Of a DNA stretch of 64,000 bases, positions 52,515 through 64,000 are shown in pieces. Within the stretch, counting starts at the first letter, position 1; the number at the start of each line of letters is the position of its first letter. A program made the translations under genes and the position numbers. The DNA comes from an uncultured Nitrospiraceae bacterium (GTDB lineage: Bacteria; Nitrospirota; Nitrospiria; Nitrospirales; Nitrospiraceae), in contig CAWJWJ010000002.1 in NCBI GenBank assembly GCA_963846575.1, positions 1 to 64,000 on the forward strand. The letters are read 5' to 3'. Under the pieces are notes generated by a model, which saw only the letters and a list, made by a program, of their open reading frames with translations, did not search any database and had not been told where the DNA came from.

Positions 52515-54149
52515 ATGCTCGTGTTTCTCATACATGTACGTGACCCTCAGTTTTACGCCCTTCCAGCTAAAACGCGTGCCAAGAACGGACGGATTCGGGT
52601 GATGGGCTTCCCGCCTATCGGGATCATGTCCCTGTCGTCGGTCTTGAAGCGTGCAGGCCACGACTGCGTGATGTTCGACCAGGCGCACCCTGAGACCCCC
52701 AACGAGTTTATTGTTGAACAGATCAAACAACGGAAGCCGGCGCTGGTAGGGCTCAGCTTTCTCAGCACCACGAGCTACCCATACGCAAAGATTCTCGCCC
52801 GACAGATACGGGCAACCGATCAGGATGTGAAGCTGGCGTTCGGCGGGGTGTTTGCCAGCCTAAATGCGGGACTTGTCAAATTGCAATGTCCGGAGGTGGA
52901 CTTTGTCTGCCGTGGAGATGGGGAGCAACTGCTCCTGGATCTGCTTGATCGTATCGACGACCCGCAGGAAGTGGGCGGTCTCACTTGGGCAAAAGACGGC
53001 AGGGTGATCAATAATCCTAACCGGACTATGGAGCGCCATCTAGATCAATGGCCCTTCCCTGATCGGGAAAGTCTGGAATTGGATTTCGTCGAATCCATGC
53101 CATTGGATGTCCCCGCAGTGCTGTCCATGGAGCGGTTCACCACCATGCAAACATCACGCGGATGTCCATGGCCCTGCGTCTTTTGTGATATCCCCATTTT
53201 CAATGAGGGAAAGTGGCGGGCGCGTAGTGCCCAGCATGTCGTCGATGAGCTCAAGTACCTCGAGTCGAATGGTTACGGGTCCGTCTACTTCGTCGACGAT
53301 CACTTTCTCCTGCAGCCAAAGAGGATCGATGCAATTTGTAAAGGTGTCATTGACGCCAAGCTCTCAATCCAATGGGGGATCGAAGGCCGCGTGGACTCGG
53401 TGGCGCAGCATCTGTTCCCCGCCATGGCCAAGGCACACTGCCGAACGGTCATGTTTGGGATTGAAAGCGGAAGCCAGAAGATTCTCAATCGCCTCCAGAA
53501 AGAACAGACATTGGCAGAAGTCGAAACGGCCGTGAAGAACGCCAAAAAGGCCGGGATCGAAATCGTCCATGGGTTTTTTACCGTGGGGAACCCGGATGAA
53601 ACCGTCGAGGACATGCAGAAGACGTTCGATTTTGCTTCCAAGCTGCCGCTGGATACGTTTGGGTTCAACCGTCTTTGTGTTTATCGCGGAACACCACTTT
53701 GGCAGGAGTACGTGAAGCGCGGGTTGGTGACCGATGCCAAGGATTGGTACAAGTATTTTAAGTGTTCGGAGATTGATCCGACCTGTTTGCCGGGAGCGGT
53801 GATCAATACGGTGAGACAGGAAGGCCTGAAAAAACTGTTTATCTATAAATTAACCCGCTATCCGATTCAGACCTTCAAATTACTCCGGCGGTTTCTGCGG
53901 TATATGCCATTCCGGGATGTCGCCTATCTTATCATCAAGCCGTTTTTGGGGCAGAAGAAGGGCGCAACGAAGGCTGAAGTGCTCTCCAGAGCTGTCGAAC
54001 ATGCTGAGATGAAAGACGCCGCCGCGCAACTCACGCAACTGAGCGATGAACTCTTGCATAGCGTGTTAGAGGAGTCGAAGGCGGAACGCCAACGAATTCA
54101 GCAAGACGCAGAAACCTCACGTGAGCTTCCGATGGTAAACGTCCGCTGA
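52515..54149 (+). CDS. Cobalamin-binding radical SAM protein (class B methyltransferase-like)
   Basis: FPPIG..SLS, GGVFAS, RGDGE B12 domain; SRGCPWPCVFC; GIESGS. Confidence 0.92.
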   Translation: MLVFLIHVRDPQFYALPAKTRAKNGRIRVMGFPPIGIMSLSSVLKRAGHDCVMFDQAHPETPNEFIVEQIKQRKPALVGLSFLSTTSYPYAKILARQIRATDQDVKLAFGGVFASLNAGLVKLQCPEVDFVCRGDGEQLLLDLLDRIDDPQEVGGLTWAKDGRVINNPNRTMERHLDQWPFPDRESLELDFVESMPLDVPAVLSMERFTTMQTSRGCPWPCVFCDIPIFNEGKWRARSAQHVVDELKYLESNGYGSVYFVDDHFLLQPKRIDAICKGVIDAKLSIQWGIEGRVDSVAQHLFPAMAKAHCRTVMFGIESGSQKILNRLQKEQTLAEVETAVKNAKKAGIEIVHGFFTVGNPDETVEDMQKTFDFASKLPLDTFGFNRLCVYRGTPLWQEYVKRGLVTDAKDWYKYFKCSEIDPTCLPGAVINTVRQEGLKKLFIYKLTRYPIQTFKLLRRFLRYMPFRDVAYLIIKPFLGQKKGATKAEVLSRAVEHAEMKDAAAQLTQLSDELLHSVLEESKAERQRIQQDAETSRELPMVNVR

Positions 54150-54234
54150 GGACTCACAATTTAGAATGAAATCTCCCGCATCTGCCTTGAGGGCAAGGCC
54201 TAACCCAATTCTCATGCCAATGGTAACCTCAACG

Positions 54235-54315
54235 ATGGCTAAGTCGAAGACGAACCGCCGTCGGGTGTCCTTGCCGGCGCAAATCGACCGCAGGGTCGAG
54301 CTATGCTCGCTTTGA
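54235..54315 (+). pseudogene. Possible truncated ribbon-helix-helix (CopG-like) gene remnant
   Basis: MAKSKTNRRRVSLPAQIDRRVE resembles an RHH strand plus helix A, then an early stop. Confidence 0.3.
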
Positions 54316-54683
54316 GGCTGTACGGAGCATCCATACCGGCGGATTCGTGATCACAAATATGACCGCGGAGTGCAGGAAAGCGCGTCCCCAGAAGCTCCGG
54401 TTTACACAACAGACGATGATCTGACCGGTCACGGTTTACTCTGGTCCCCCTCGAGTCCCCTACAGAATCAGTGCCTTTGCGCGGGCTTTTACCATCACAG
54501 ACTTTTTGGATACCACGCTAACCACGCGCCGGTTTCCATTGAAGCGATGCGGAGACGCATTGACTATCGCGGCGACGGACAGCCCGGTAAGGCCGGCGAT
54601 TCGAACAGCGCGAGTCGTCTGCTGCGGCCTGTTCTATAACGGTTCCGTTGGTTTGAAGGAGGAGAGGTGTGATGCCAGACAAG

Positions 54684-54709
54684 GCTGCGGTCGCCGAAGC
54701 GACCGCAGC
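54684..54709 (-). terminator. Stable C(UUCG)G hairpin downstream of ahcY
   Basis: 11-bp perfect stem gctgcggtcgc-ttcg-gcgaccgcagc on the minus strand; weak U-tract. Confidence 0.55.
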
Positions 54710-54780
54710 GGAAACAATCTCAAACAATGGCTCGTTCAACTGTCCCTTGGTGAGGAGATCCCAAGGGAGAAACGAGATGC

Positions 54781-57292
<2,512 letters not shown>

Positions 57293-57486
57293 TGTTCCCC
57301 CTGGAATTAAGTAGTACGAGGATTCGGTGATTGAGTCAGTTGATACGCGACTAAATGTGGAAGATGTTGCGCTCTCAGAACAATTCGGCAACTGCGCGGA
57401 AACTGAAGCAATACTAGCTGACGAGGGGCAATTTGTCCACCAATCAAAAGGTTTCAATCGATTCATGGAAAGTCGGAGGGGCTTGC

Positions 57487-57516
57487 TTGACAGTGCTTAA
57501 AGACGACTTGTAAGAT
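57487..57516 (+). promoter_or_regulatory. Sigma-70-type promoter of the ccs operon
   Basis: TTGACA-N18-TAAGAT. Confidence 0.55.
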
Positions 57517-57685
57517 GGCTTACTTTTCGCGCATTTGGCACAGTTATTTGCACGCGTTCTGCCCTGGAAATTCCAACCTAGTGAGTGTCGCCCTGTATTG
57601 GCGCAGACTCCCACCGGTAGCCTGCCATCGTTTATGATGATGGGACTGCATAATAGCAAGCCGGAGTAGATAGGTCTGTTAATTC

Positions 57686-59116
57686 ATGAACGGTAAACCC
57701 GACACAGCATCTGATTCGACCGTACCCGGCCCCTCCACATCCAGACTCGGCTGGGAGGAGTTTTCCCGCGAGGTGGTGGAGTTTTTTGCCTCCATCAAGC
57801 TGGCCATGTTTCTGTTCATAGCGCTCGCGATGACGGCCACGATAGGCACGGTTATTCAGCAGGGCGAGCGACCTGAAACCTACGTGCAAGAATACGGAGA
57901 AGACGCGTATCGTTGGTTTGTCCGGTTGGGTTTCATCGATGTTTATCACACCTGGTGGTTCACCAGTTTGCTGGGCCTCCTCTGCGTGAATTCTCTCACC
58001 TGCTTTCATAAACGGTTTCCGAGCGTGTGGCGGTCGATGCGTCAAGATAAGGTGAGCGTGTCCCTGGCGTTCATCAAGGGCATGAAGCAGCAGACGACCC
58101 TCTCGCTGACCCAGACCAAGGAAGCGGTTGCGGAGCATTTAGTGAGGCTGTTCGGCGAAAAAGGCTATCGCGTCCTGGCGAAGAGCGATCCCGGCGAGGT
58201 CACGGTCTATGCCACAAAAGGCATCATGGGCCGGGTCGGCGCGCACGTCGCCCATCTGAGCGCAACTGTGATCGTTCTCGGCGGGCTGTTGGGTAGCTAC
58301 TATGGTTTCCAGGAGTTTGGCGTCTGCCTTGAAGGGCAGACCTACCATATCCCACGAGGCAACTTTGATCTGCGTGTGGACAAGTTTTGGATCGATTACC
58401 ATGAAAACGGTTCGGTGAAATCTTACAACAGTACGTTAACCGTGCTCGATCAAGGACTTCCCACCGCGACTAAGACCATAACGGTCAACGACCCGTTGGT
58501 TTATAAGGGAATCTGGTTTTACCAGTCCAGTTATGGGGATGCCTGGGACCAGATCGAGGCGGCACGGATCAATATCAAGGAGAAGAATAGCGACAAAATC
58601 GTCGCTACGGTTGATCTGGAGTGGAACAAGGAAAAGGCGGTTGATGGGCTTCCGCTCAAAGTAAAGATGACGGATTTCGTCGCGGATTTTGCATTCAATT
58701 CAACTGAGAAGAAAGTGTTTTCGAAGACAGCCGAGCACGCTAACCCGGCGATCCGTTTGGCGGTGGACGAACGAAGTATCGTGCAGTCCACCCCCTGGGT
58801 GTTCTATCATTATCCTGATCTGTTCGAGATTAAAGATTCCGCATACCAATTCGAATTTGTTGGCTATCAACCCAAGAAATTCACCGGTCTGCAAATCGCG
58901 AGAAATCCAGGCATCAATATGGTGTGGATCGGGTGTACGATGCTGGTGGTGGGAATGACCTTGTCATCGCTCATTTATCATAGGCGGCTATGGGCGAAGA
59001 TCATACCAGGCGAGTCCGGTGTCACTGTCCATCTGGGCGGGACGACGCACAAGAGTCAGATCGACTTCCAAAAGGAATTCAAAAAACTCACGGAAAAGGT
59101 CCAGTCCCAGACCTGA
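57686..59116 (+). CDS. ccsB: Cytochrome c biogenesis protein ResB/CcsB (system II)
   Basis: SIKLA..IGTVIQQ, DVYHTWWF, AHLS, ITVNDPL.Y.G..FYQSSY, NPG. Confidence 0.92.
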   Translation: MNGKPDTASDSTVPGPSTSRLGWEEFSREVVEFFASIKLAMFLFIALAMTATIGTVIQQGERPETYVQEYGEDAYRWFVRLGFIDVYHTWWFTSLLGLLCVNSLTCFHKRFPSVWRSMRQDKVSVSLAFIKGMKQQTTLSLTQTKEAVAEHLVRLFGEKGYRVLAKSDPGEVTVYATKGIMGRVGAHVAHLSATVIVLGGLLGSYYGFQEFGVCLEGQTYHIPRGNFDLRVDKFWIDYHENGSVKSYNSTLTVLDQGLPTATKTITVNDPLVYKGIWFYQSSYGDAWDQIEAARINIKEKNSDKIVATVDLEWNKEKAVDGLPLKVKMTDFVADFAFNSTEKKVFSKTAEHANPAIRLAVDERSIVQSTPWVFYHYPDLFEIKDSAYQFEFVGYQPKKFTGLQIARNPGINMVWIGCTMLVVGMTLSSLIYHRRLWAKIIPGESGVTVHLGGTTHKSQIDFQKEFKKLTEKVQSQT

Positions 59117-59193
59117 TACCGAACCGCTATGCAGCGTGGCTGTGAGAAGAGTGGAAACCGGTCCGCTGCAATCTACGATAGACGGAGGCCTGT

Positions 59194-60108
59194 ATGATGC
59201 GATCACTGTTTCTTTTTGATATGACCTTCTGGCTGTACCTGGCTGCGTTGGGTTTGTATGTGGCGTATCTGTTTGCGAAACGTCCCGCCATGCAGTTGGC
59301 TCCGGCCGGGCACCCGATCGAAGACATAGAAGCGCGTGATGGCACCTGGGCTACCCAGTTGGGGCAAGTGGCTACATTGGTTACGGTGTTCGGGTGGGTG
59401 CTGAATACGCTGGCCTTGACGACGCGGGCGTTTGAGCGGATGGAACATTCCGGTACCTTCGCCCCCTGGTCGAATCAATTCGAAGCCATGGCCTACGTGT
59501 CCTGGGCGATCATCCTGGGCTACGTACTCTTGGAGTTCAGATACCGGATCAAGGCAGTCGGAGCGTTCGTCGTCGGGATAGGATTCATCGCGATGGGCGC
59601 GGCATCGCTTCTGCCCTATCGATATCAAACTGCCGAGCCGTTGGTGCCGGCGCTCAATAGTTATTGGATTTACATCCATGTGTCAGTCACCTTGACGAGT
59701 TACGCTGCGTTTGCCATGGCAGGGGGACTGGGGGTGATGTATTTGTTCAAGGAGCGGGCCGTCAATCGTGGAAGTCAGTCACGCTTTTTCGCTGCTTTTC
59801 CGGATCTCGAAACGATTGATGAACTTGGATACAAGGCGATTATGCTCGGCTTCCCCCTCTTGGCATTCGGCATCATTCTAGGGGCGATGTGGGCTAACTA
59901 TGCGTGGGGTGGTTACTGGAGCTGGGATCCTAAGGAAACCTGGTCGTTAATTGTGTGGCTCATTTACGGGGCCTATATCCATGCCCGCATGACGCGAGGA
60001 TGGGAGGGGCATAAGGCTGCTATCTATGCGATCTTCGGATTTCTCATGGTTGTGTTTTGTTTCTGGGGAGTGAATTTTCTGCTCTCCGGCTTGCATGCAT
60101 ATGCCTAA
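59194..60108 (+). CDS. ccsA: Cytochrome c biogenesis protein ResC/CcsA (system II)
   Basis: PALNSYWIYIHV; GAMWANYAWGGYWSWDPKETW (WWD motif); GLHAY. Confidence 0.95.
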   Translation: MMRSLFLFDMTFWLYLAALGLYVAYLFAKRPAMQLAPAGHPIEDIEARDGTWATQLGQVATLVTVFGWVLNTLALTTRAFERMEHSGTFAPWSNQFEAMAYVSWAIILGYVLLEFRYRIKAVGAFVVGIGFIAMGAASLLPYRYQTAEPLVPALNSYWIYIHVSVTLTSYAAFAMAGGLGVMYLFKERAVNRGSQSRFFAAFPDLETIDELGYKAIMLGFPLLAFGIILGAMWANYAWGGYWSWDPKETWSLIVWLIYGAYIHARMTRGWEGHKAAIYAIFGFLMVVFCFWGVNFLLSGLHAYA

Positions 60109-60111
60109 GCG

Positions 60112-60735
60112 ATGGCTGATCAATTGAGCCAAAGTTCCGCCGGAGCCGTGCAGCAGTCTGGGCCATCCCGGACTGTGGTGGTGCTTGCCGCCGCCGCCAT
60201 CCTTGCAGTGATGTTTTTGGTCGTCTGGCTGCAGAGTTCCAAGTATGAGCCCCTGCTGGTGGGGAAGGTGGCGCCTGACTTCCAACTACCCGACTTGGAC
60301 GACAAGCAGCTGCGGCTTTCCGACTACCGTGGGAAGGTGGTTTTTCTGAACTTTTGGGCGACCTGGTGTAAGCCTTGCCGGGAGGAAATGCCTTCAATGG
60401 AAGTCTTGTACAAGAACTTTGAAAAGGACGGGCTGGTGATCCTCGCGGTCAGCATTGATCGCGTCACCACGAAGAAGGATATTCCGCCCTTTGTCAAAGG
60501 ACTCAATCTCACGTTTCCCGTCTTAGTGGATTCATGGGGACAGACCGACAAGAGGTACAAGCTGATGGGGGTCCCAGAAACCTACATCATCGACCAGCAG
60601 GGTGTCCTGCGGGAAAAAGTCATCGGGCCTCGTGATTGGACACGGTTAGACAATCTCAAGGTGCTGACTCAACTTCTCAAGACCGGAGAGAAGGCTGCCC
60701 GAGCGTCCTCGGTTCTGGAAGCGCCAGCGTTGTAG
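60112..60735 (+). CDS. TlpA/ResA-family thiol-disulfide oxidoreductase
   Basis: N-terminal TM anchor; NFWATWCKPCREEMP. Confidence 0.92.
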   Translation: MADQLSQSSAGAVQQSGPSRTVVVLAAAAILAVMFLVVWLQSSKYEPLLVGKVAPDFQLPDLDDKQLRLSDYRGKVVFLNFWATWCKPCREEMPSMEVLYKNFEKDGLVILAVSIDRVTTKKDIPPFVKGLNLTFPVLVDSWGQTDKRYKLMGVPETYIIDQQGVLREKVIGPRDWTRLDNLKVLTQLLKTGEKAARASSVLEAPAL

Positions 60736-60744
60736 GCGGACACC

Positions 60745-61299
60745 ATGAATTACTGGATTTTATATGGGATGATCGGTGTCGTGGTGGCGAACGGACTCGT
60801 GACGGCCGACGCGCGCGCCGCTTCCCCGCCGGCTGGGGGACCGCTCGTCATAGTCGATCGCGCTCCTCAGATCGATGAAGAGGCGCCGAACTTTCTCCTG
60901 AAAGACTCGCAAGGGTTCAATGTCACGCTGGATCAATTTCGAGGGAAAGTCGTTTTGCTGAACTTTTGGGCAACCTGGTGCGGGCCCTGCAAGGTTGAGA
61001 TGCCGGCCATGGAACGGCTCTACCGGTCCTTCAGTCGGGCAGAATTTGAGATCCTGGCCGTCTCGACTGATGCTCAGGGAGCTGCCGTCACCCGTCCCTT
61101 TCAACAGGAGGCAGGCTTCACCTTTCCCGTATTGCATGATGCCGACTTCCGGATTGGTCTCCGGTACGGGGCACGCCAGCTTCCGATGACATTTCTCATC
61201 GATCGAAACGGGATTATTCGCAACCGTATTCCCGGGGCCCGTGATTGGAACACGCCTGCGGGGAAGCGGTTGGTGGAATCGTTGCTTCAGGGGTCGTGA
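60745..61299 (+). CDS. Second TlpA/ResA-family thiol-disulfide oxidoreductase
   Basis: Signal peptide; NFWATWCGPCKVEMP. Confidence 0.92.
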   Translation: MNYWILYGMIGVVVANGLVTADARAASPPAGGPLVIVDRAPQIDEEAPNFLLKDSQGFNVTLDQFRGKVVLLNFWATWCGPCKVEMPAMERLYRSFSRAEFEILAVSTDAQGAAVTRPFQQEAGFTFPVLHDADFRIGLRYGARQLPMTFLIDRNGIIRNRIPGARDWNTPAGKRLVESLLQGS

Positions 61300-61301
61300 G
61301 C

Positions 61302-62048
61302 ATGACGGACTCCGTCCAGTCGATTTCGTTGATTGCCGCTTTTTCCGCCGGACTGCTGTCCTTTGTCTCGCCTTGTGTGCTTCCGCTGGTTCCATCGTAC
61401 ATTTCGTACATCACGGGCCTCTCAATCGAACAGCTGACCGATGTGTCCGAAAGAAGTCGGTTCCGGAAAGCGATCGTTGTGAACTCGCTGTTGTTTATCG
61501 CCGGGTTCTCTACGGTGTTCGTGGCGTTCGGAGCTTCGGCCAGCTTTCTGGGACAGATGCTGATCACCTATCAAGAGCACTTGCGGCGGTTCGGGGGGAT
61601 CGTGGTCATTTTGTTCGGCCTCTACCTGCTCGGGATCTTGAATTTGAATTTTCTTAAAATGGAGCATCGCTACCAATTTCGGAGCCGGCCTGCTGGCTTG
61701 CTTGGATCTTTTTTAATCGGCATCGCGTTTGCGGCTGGCTGGACTCCCTGCGTGGGGCCGGTACTGGGAACCATCCTGCTGTACGCAAGTACGACCGAAT
61801 CGATGTTCAGCGGTGTGGTGTTGCTCACGTTTTACTCGATGGGTTTGGCATTGCCCCTGTTCTTGACGGCCCTGGGTGTCGATCGGTTTCTTAGCTATTT
61901 TAAGGAAGTGCGGGCATATCTCTGGGGCGTCTCCACTGTCAGCGGGGTGCTACTCATCGTGGTGGGCGTGATGATTTACGGGAATTCGCTCACGATGATT
62001 ACGAGTTTTCTGGAACGGTATGGGATTGGTTGGTATCTCGGGCAGTAA
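61302..62048 (+). CDS. ccdA: Cytochrome c biogenesis protein CcdA
   Basis: AGLLSFVSPCVLPLVP and GWTPCVGPVL. Confidence 0.94.
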   Translation: MTDSVQSISLIAAFSAGLLSFVSPCVLPLVPSYISYITGLSIEQLTDVSERSRFRKAIVVNSLLFIAGFSTVFVAFGASASFLGQMLITYQEHLRRFGGIVVILFGLYLLGILNLNFLKMEHRYQFRSRPAGLLGSFLIGIAFAAGWTPCVGPVLGTILLYASTTESMFSGVVLLTFYSMGLALPLFLTALGVDRFLSYFKEVRAYLWGVSTVSGVLLIVVGVMIYGNSLTMITSFLERYGIGWYLGQ

Positions 62049-62163
62049 CTCGGATGGTGGGCTCCTCCCTCGCTAATTCTCCTCCGCATGTGCGAACTGT
62101 GTGACCGCTTCAGGTTCCAAAGCCACGGACTCAGGGCGTACCCGTCACGATCGGTCGTGGTGC

Positions 62164-63372
62164 ATGGCTGAGAGGCACGACGCCGGGATCTATGATGTCG
62201 CGATAGTCGGTTTGGGACCGGCTGGTGCATCCGCGGCGACGGTACTGAGCCGAGGCGGTCTGGCCGTACTGGGGTTCGACAAAGCCGTACACCCTCGAGA
62301 CAAGATCTGCGGTGGCGGCTTGTCGGCACGCATCGCCCAGCTACTAGACCCCCAATTTCAATCGGTGGTCGAGCGTACGGTCCATGGGGTCCGGTTCGTG
62401 TATCGGGGACAAGACCCGCTACTGATTGAATCGCCGCGACCGATTGCCTATATGGTCATGCGGAATCGCTTCGACCATTATTTACTTGAGGAAGCCTGTC
62501 GTGCCGGGACCCAGGTTCGGAATGGGGAAGGAGTGATTGCTCTCCGCCAGGAGTCCGACATGGTAGAGATTACCACGGCTCAGGGTCGATATCGGGCAAG
62601 GATGGTAATCGGAGCAGACGGAGCCAATAGTACAGTGGCACGGCACCTGTTTCCACATCGCGCCCTCACTCTTGCTCCGGCCCTGGAAAGCGAGGTGCCC
62701 ATTGAGGATGGCCGTCATTATCCCGGCCCCTCGACCATTCTGGTTGACGTTGGGGCGGCTCGGCAAGGGTATGGATGGATTTTCCCTAAAGAAGGCTGCC
62801 TGTCCGTGGGGATCGGAGAATTTCGAGGCAAGTCGACGAGTTTGCGTAAGACTTTCGACCGATTCATTCAGGGAGAACCCGGCCTCGTCGAACGGACGGT
62901 GCCACGTCCGATGGGTCATCCCATCCCAGCGTTTTCGAATCGCGGCCCGGAGCGGGGACCGCGCGCGTTGTCACACTTTGTCAGCGGCCGGGCGTTACTG
63001 GTCGGGGATGCAGGCCATTTAGTCGACCCATTGTTCGGTGAGGGGATTTATTACGCGGTGCGTTCTGGGCAACTGGCTGCCCGGTCTATCCTGTCGAACG
63101 GCTGCGACTACCGTCTGTCGACGGCAGCGTATGAGGCGGGGTTGGATCAGGATATTCTGCCCGACTTCCGGATCACAGCTCGCGTCGCCAGCGTGGTCTA
63201 CGGATTTCCCAGACTTGCGTTCAAACTCCTCAGACGCTACGAGGATGTCGTCCAGGCCTATTATGAAGTGTTGCAGGGACGTATCTCTGCTCAACAGTTT
63301 TTGAGCAATGCAAAAAAACGTCTGAAGGGATCGGTCAGCGACCTGCTGCTTGAAGCCTTACACTTGCGGTAG
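62164..63372 (+). CDS. Geranylgeranyl reductase-family FAD-dependent oxidoreductase
   Basis: GLGPAGA, PRDKICGGGL, GADGANS, GYGWIFPK, VGDAG.LVDPLFGEGIYYA. Confidence 0.9.
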   Translation: MAERHDAGIYDVAIVGLGPAGASAATVLSRGGLAVLGFDKAVHPRDKICGGGLSARIAQLLDPQFQSVVERTVHGVRFVYRGQDPLLIESPRPIAYMVMRNRFDHYLLEEACRAGTQVRNGEGVIALRQESDMVEITTAQGRYRARMVIGADGANSTVARHLFPHRALTLAPALESEVPIEDGRHYPGPSTILVDVGAARQGYGWIFPKEGCLSVGIGEFRGKSTSLRKTFDRFIQGEPGLVERTVPRPMGHPIPAFSNRGPERGPRALSHFVSGRALLVGDAGHLVDPLFGEGIYYAVRSGQLAARSILSNGCDYRLSTAAYEAGLDQDILPDFRITARVASVVYGFPRLAFKLLRRYEDVVQAYYEVLQGRISAQQFLSNAKKRLKGSVSDLLLEALHLR

Positions 63373-63399
63373 GTCGGTTGAACCGGGAAGAGCGCAGGG

Positions 63400-64000
63400 T
63401 CAGCACCAGGCTCCGAGGCGGCAGGCGACGAATGGTTGTCGCAACGACAGGCCGGCCGTGTCAGGTTGTGGTTGCTCGGTCGATGCCCTGATGGAAGGGA
63501 GGCTCGATGACGAAGCGGAGGCAGCAAAGACTTGAGTGGCCAATGGGGAATCGGCAGTGCGTGTGCCGGCGTCAGCTACGACGGCTGGAGGAGATGAAGA
63601 GGGCTTTTTATCCAGTTTAGCCAATAACCGGCGACCGTCTCCAGAAAATTGACTATTCGGATATTTCTCTGTCAGGAGCTGGAGTTTTTCCACCGCCCAA
63701 TCGTTGGCTCCGAGTTCCTGGTAGGTCAAGGCCAGATAGTACAGCGCTTCCGGTGCCACTTGTTTATCCGCATAGTCCTTCATGATCTGGTCAAAACGAT
63801 GGGCCGCTGCAAGGTAGGAGGCTCGACGATAGTAGAACTGCCCCACGAATAGGTGGGTTTTGGCCAACCAATCGTGGCAGTCATCTAACCGTTGAAGGGC
63901 CTGGCCTTCATACTTGCTGCCCGGGAAGTCTTTCCGCAGTTTCTCGAAGGCGGCAATAGCCTTTTGAATGGGTTCCGGGTCGCGATCGATTGACTTGGCC
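63400..64000 (-). CDS. bamD: Outer membrane protein assembly factor BamD (5' end outside window)
   Basis: Frame open to the window end: SIDRDPEPIQKAI..F..L..FPGSKY...LAKTHLFVGQFY..YLAAAHRF; TPR helices. Confidence 0.88.
   Translation of the reverse strand, partial: AKSIDRDPEPIQKAIAAFEKLRKDFPGSKYEGQALQRLDDCHDWLAKTHLFVGQFYYRRASYLAAAHRFDQIMKDYADKQVAPEALYYLALTYQELGANDWAVEKLQLLTEKYPNSQFSGDGRRLLAKLDKKPSSSPPAVVADAGTRTADSPLATQVFAASASSSSLPSIRASTEQPQPDTAGLSLRQPFVACRLGAWC

Noticed and set aside
57293..57480. SAM riboswitch upstream of metK
   Set aside because: No SAM-I AUC..GAG core or SAM-II/V pattern seen; an Rfam scan would settle it
57536..57552. Sigma-54-like TGGCAC...TTGCA upstream of ccsB
   Set aside because: GG-to-GC spacing is 11 nt rather than the required 10

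Overview
Bacterial chromosome segment, most likely Nitrospira/Nitrospirota (inferred from the five-subunit For-type oxidoreductase, two-subunit ATP-citrate lyase and system II cytochrome c maturation genes). In order: (1) rpsF-ssb-rpsR-yceD-rpmF-plsX-fabHDG-acpP-fabF-rnc-cyclophilin; (2) a minus-strand signalling block with a polysaccharide deacetylase, a REC-kinase, a large PAS/GAF hybrid kinase, a FIST/NosP sensor and a membrane hybrid kinase; (3) folD-metF-panB, DUF309, apaH, a third paralogous hybrid kinase, queF and a small MetV-like gene; (4) a reductive TCA cluster (for operon, aclBA, aconitase, icd, soluble frdBA, sucCD) interrupted by six other genes; (5) a B12 radical-SAM gene, ahcY, metK; (6) ccsB-ccsA-two TlpA-ccdA, a geranylgeranyl reductase-family gene and a partial bamD. 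The most striking observation is that each of the three kinase transcription units is preceded by the same sigma-28 (FliA)-type promoter with an identical 16-bp spacer. The three Hpt-bearing kinases also share a near-identical Hpt module but have different, probably heme/gas- or chemoreceptor-type inputs, which suggests a convergent, motility-regulon-coupled phosphorelay. No tRNA, rRNA, CRISPR array or transposase was recognised. All family calls are by motif recognition, not database search.
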